From Pavona decussata (taxonomy: Eukaryota), in assembly GCA_977016875.1 (NCBI GenBank), contig CDRNST010000011.1:806001-870000 (forward strand): a stretch of DNA of 64,000 nt. The letters are read 5' to 3'. Positions 61,965 to 64,000 of the stretch are shown here, piece after piece (within the stretch, counting starts at the first letter, position 1; each line of letters starts with the position of its first letter). The position numbers and the translations under genes were made by a program. The notes beneath the pieces were generated by a model, which was not told the DNA's origin, did not search any database, and was given only the letters and a program-made list of their open reading frames with translations.

Positions 61965-62507
61965 GTAGCAAAGGGAGTAGTTTACAAGATCAAACGCTGC
62001 GACTACCAGGCCACTTATATTGGTGAGACCGGCAGAAATTTAAATGAACGACTGACTGAACACAAACGAGCATCTAGAAATGGTGATATTAACAATCACA
62101 CTGCTGAGCACCATTTACAAACGAGCCAGAAATTACTATCAACGACTCACTCTAGAAATCTGGTTTACTAACTTAGAACAAACGCCACTCAACCGTTACA
62201 ACTACCTGCACCATACAAACGACTTATTGACAACATCAACAGAACAGACAAACAATAGACATTTTACTAATAGACCCACGGCCTTTTGACAAACAAAAGA
62301 CGAATCGAAACGTACCAATCACTTTTTACAGTCTTCACAGTCAATAAGATCACGGCTTACTGACAAACGACCAATAACATCTTGACCTTGTGGACCAATC
62401 AGGTTAACAACCAGAGGCATATATACCACCTACTGACGTTCCACAATTCACTTAACTCTGAAGATGACTTCCGCACAGGTTGTCGAAACGTCAGTCAAAG
62501 TCACCAG
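61965..62507 (+). mobile_element. 3' end of a Penelope-like retroelement (GIY-YIG endonuclease relic plus terminal region)
   Basis: GVVYKIKRCDYQATYIGETGRNLNERLTEHKR...AEHH, then QRLTLEIWFT...PLN. Confidence 0.9.
62452..62498 (+). ncRNA. Type I minimal hammerhead ribozyme of the Penelope-like element
   Basis: ttaact-CTGAAGA-t-gac...gtc-GAAA-CGTC-agtcaa. Predicted cleavage after C62492. Confidence 0.8.
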
Positions 62508-64000
62508 TAGACCTCAATAATTGAAAAACACTTCTCCCATAGTTATTCTTACAATTATTCCAAGAATAACTATAGGAGAAGTGTTTTTTTTTTATTATTT
62601 CCATGATTGGGACAGGAGGGAGGAGAGGATAGAGGGTTTTACGGTGGTGAGGTCAATATTTAGAGCAGGCAGAAAGTACGAATAAACAAAATAGTATCTA
62701 TATATTCACAAATAATGGTAACGGGCTTCCACTGACGCATTTAAAAATCTATTGTCGATTTATCCATTGTTTGTCATTGTAATTGTCATTACATTTGCCC
62801 CAGTGATAAGAAATTTTGAATGGACATTTTGCCGAGGAAAACTTTAGATTTTCTTTTTTAAACTAATCCAATCTGAGGCGATATTTGGTATGTGTTGAAC
62901 ATTTGGAATCATGGCGCGCAACTTTTTTCACAACGCCGGTCACAGTGAAAAAGAAACCATAACAACAAAGCCTAAACAAACGGAAAATCTTCAGCTAACT
63001 CAAATCCGGAAAGAAATTATACTAAATAGGAAAAAGACCTAACCTTGACAGTTGCGAAAAGGCGGAATTAAAGCTCTCAGGGTTATATTAAGTTGACTGT
63101 TGAACAAATAAACAAACAACGGCAAACAAGACTGGCAAGACGTACCTTTTTTCTTAGTATTTCTTGGTAATTGAGGTTCTGAACAACGAGTTCAAAGCAA
63201 GATGCCGTGAAGTACGTTTTCATAAACACGTGCTGATCTTGACTTGAAATACTTTTTCTCCACACTGAACAAGAAGCGCACGCTCAAGCCTCACGTCCAT
63301 CCTGTGCGTGCTCCGTATCAATTGAACGTCTGAATGTTCTGGACGTTTAGGTCCACAGGTTGTCTTATTTTCCAAAACCCTTCCCGACTATCAGGTTTGG
63401 ATTTGTATATTATGAACGCTTTACTTTTGACTACTAAACAAAGTTTTTTTGTGTGTGTTTCTTGTTTTCTTTTTTTTTTTTTGTCTGTCACGTTTCGACT
63501 GTTCAAAAACGAATAAAAACGTGAGGACGGATTTAAGGTAAGTCAATTTTATTCAGCTATAGTTAGTAAACGATCTAGTTTATATATAAATACGATGCGT
63601 TCCAACAGAAATTCTTTCAAATTCTAGACTGCGAGCAGTCGTAATGTTTCCTTCAGATCACCCACGCAAAGTGGCCGTCAAAATTATGCAAATTAGAATA
63701 GTGGAGAGGAGGGAAGATTTATCGCGCACGCGTCCGCGCGCGCTACAGACCTAGGCCTCAGAAGAAGAAGAAGAACTGGGAGCCTGCTCGTAGTCTTTTC
63801 AAGATCGCAACGGTGGGCGATGTTGCGTAACACTACAAAAGCAAATGGTATAAAACAGTGCGTGCTACGTACTACAAGAAAAAAAAGCAACACTGAACGA
63901 AAGTACCGGCCTCAACAAGACAAAAAAGAAAAAAGGAAGAAATCATGTAAATCCTTTTATTATTGCCGAGCTTGGACTGCCTGTGATTTCCTGGAGAATC

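Overview
AT-rich animal genomic DNA. The repeat families and HAUS2 gene style suggest a cnidarian, probably a stony coral; this is inferred, not verified. There is one assembly gap at 15559-15791. The first ~42 kb hold a tandem cluster of 8 copies of an intronless ~530-aa polytopic membrane protein gene I cannot assign to a named family. Three copies are on the minus strand and five on the plus; four have open ORFs and four are pseudogenes or fragments. The copies have conserved ends, a variable middle, and one apparent unequal-crossover chimera. A nearly complete Ngaro-type tyrosine-recombinase retrotransposon follows (45.6-50.4 kb). Its pol and YR ORFs lack usable ATGs, but each has a phase-matched splice acceptor for a single donor in gag. 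The right end holds a 6-exon HAUS2 gene, not assembled by the ORF track, head-to-head with a single-exon F-box/LRR gene. Interspersed are an Academ element nested in an L2/CR1 LINE, Crypton remnants, Penelope-like pieces with hammerhead ribozymes, a tRNA-like tandem/inverted element, SINEs and many MITEs.
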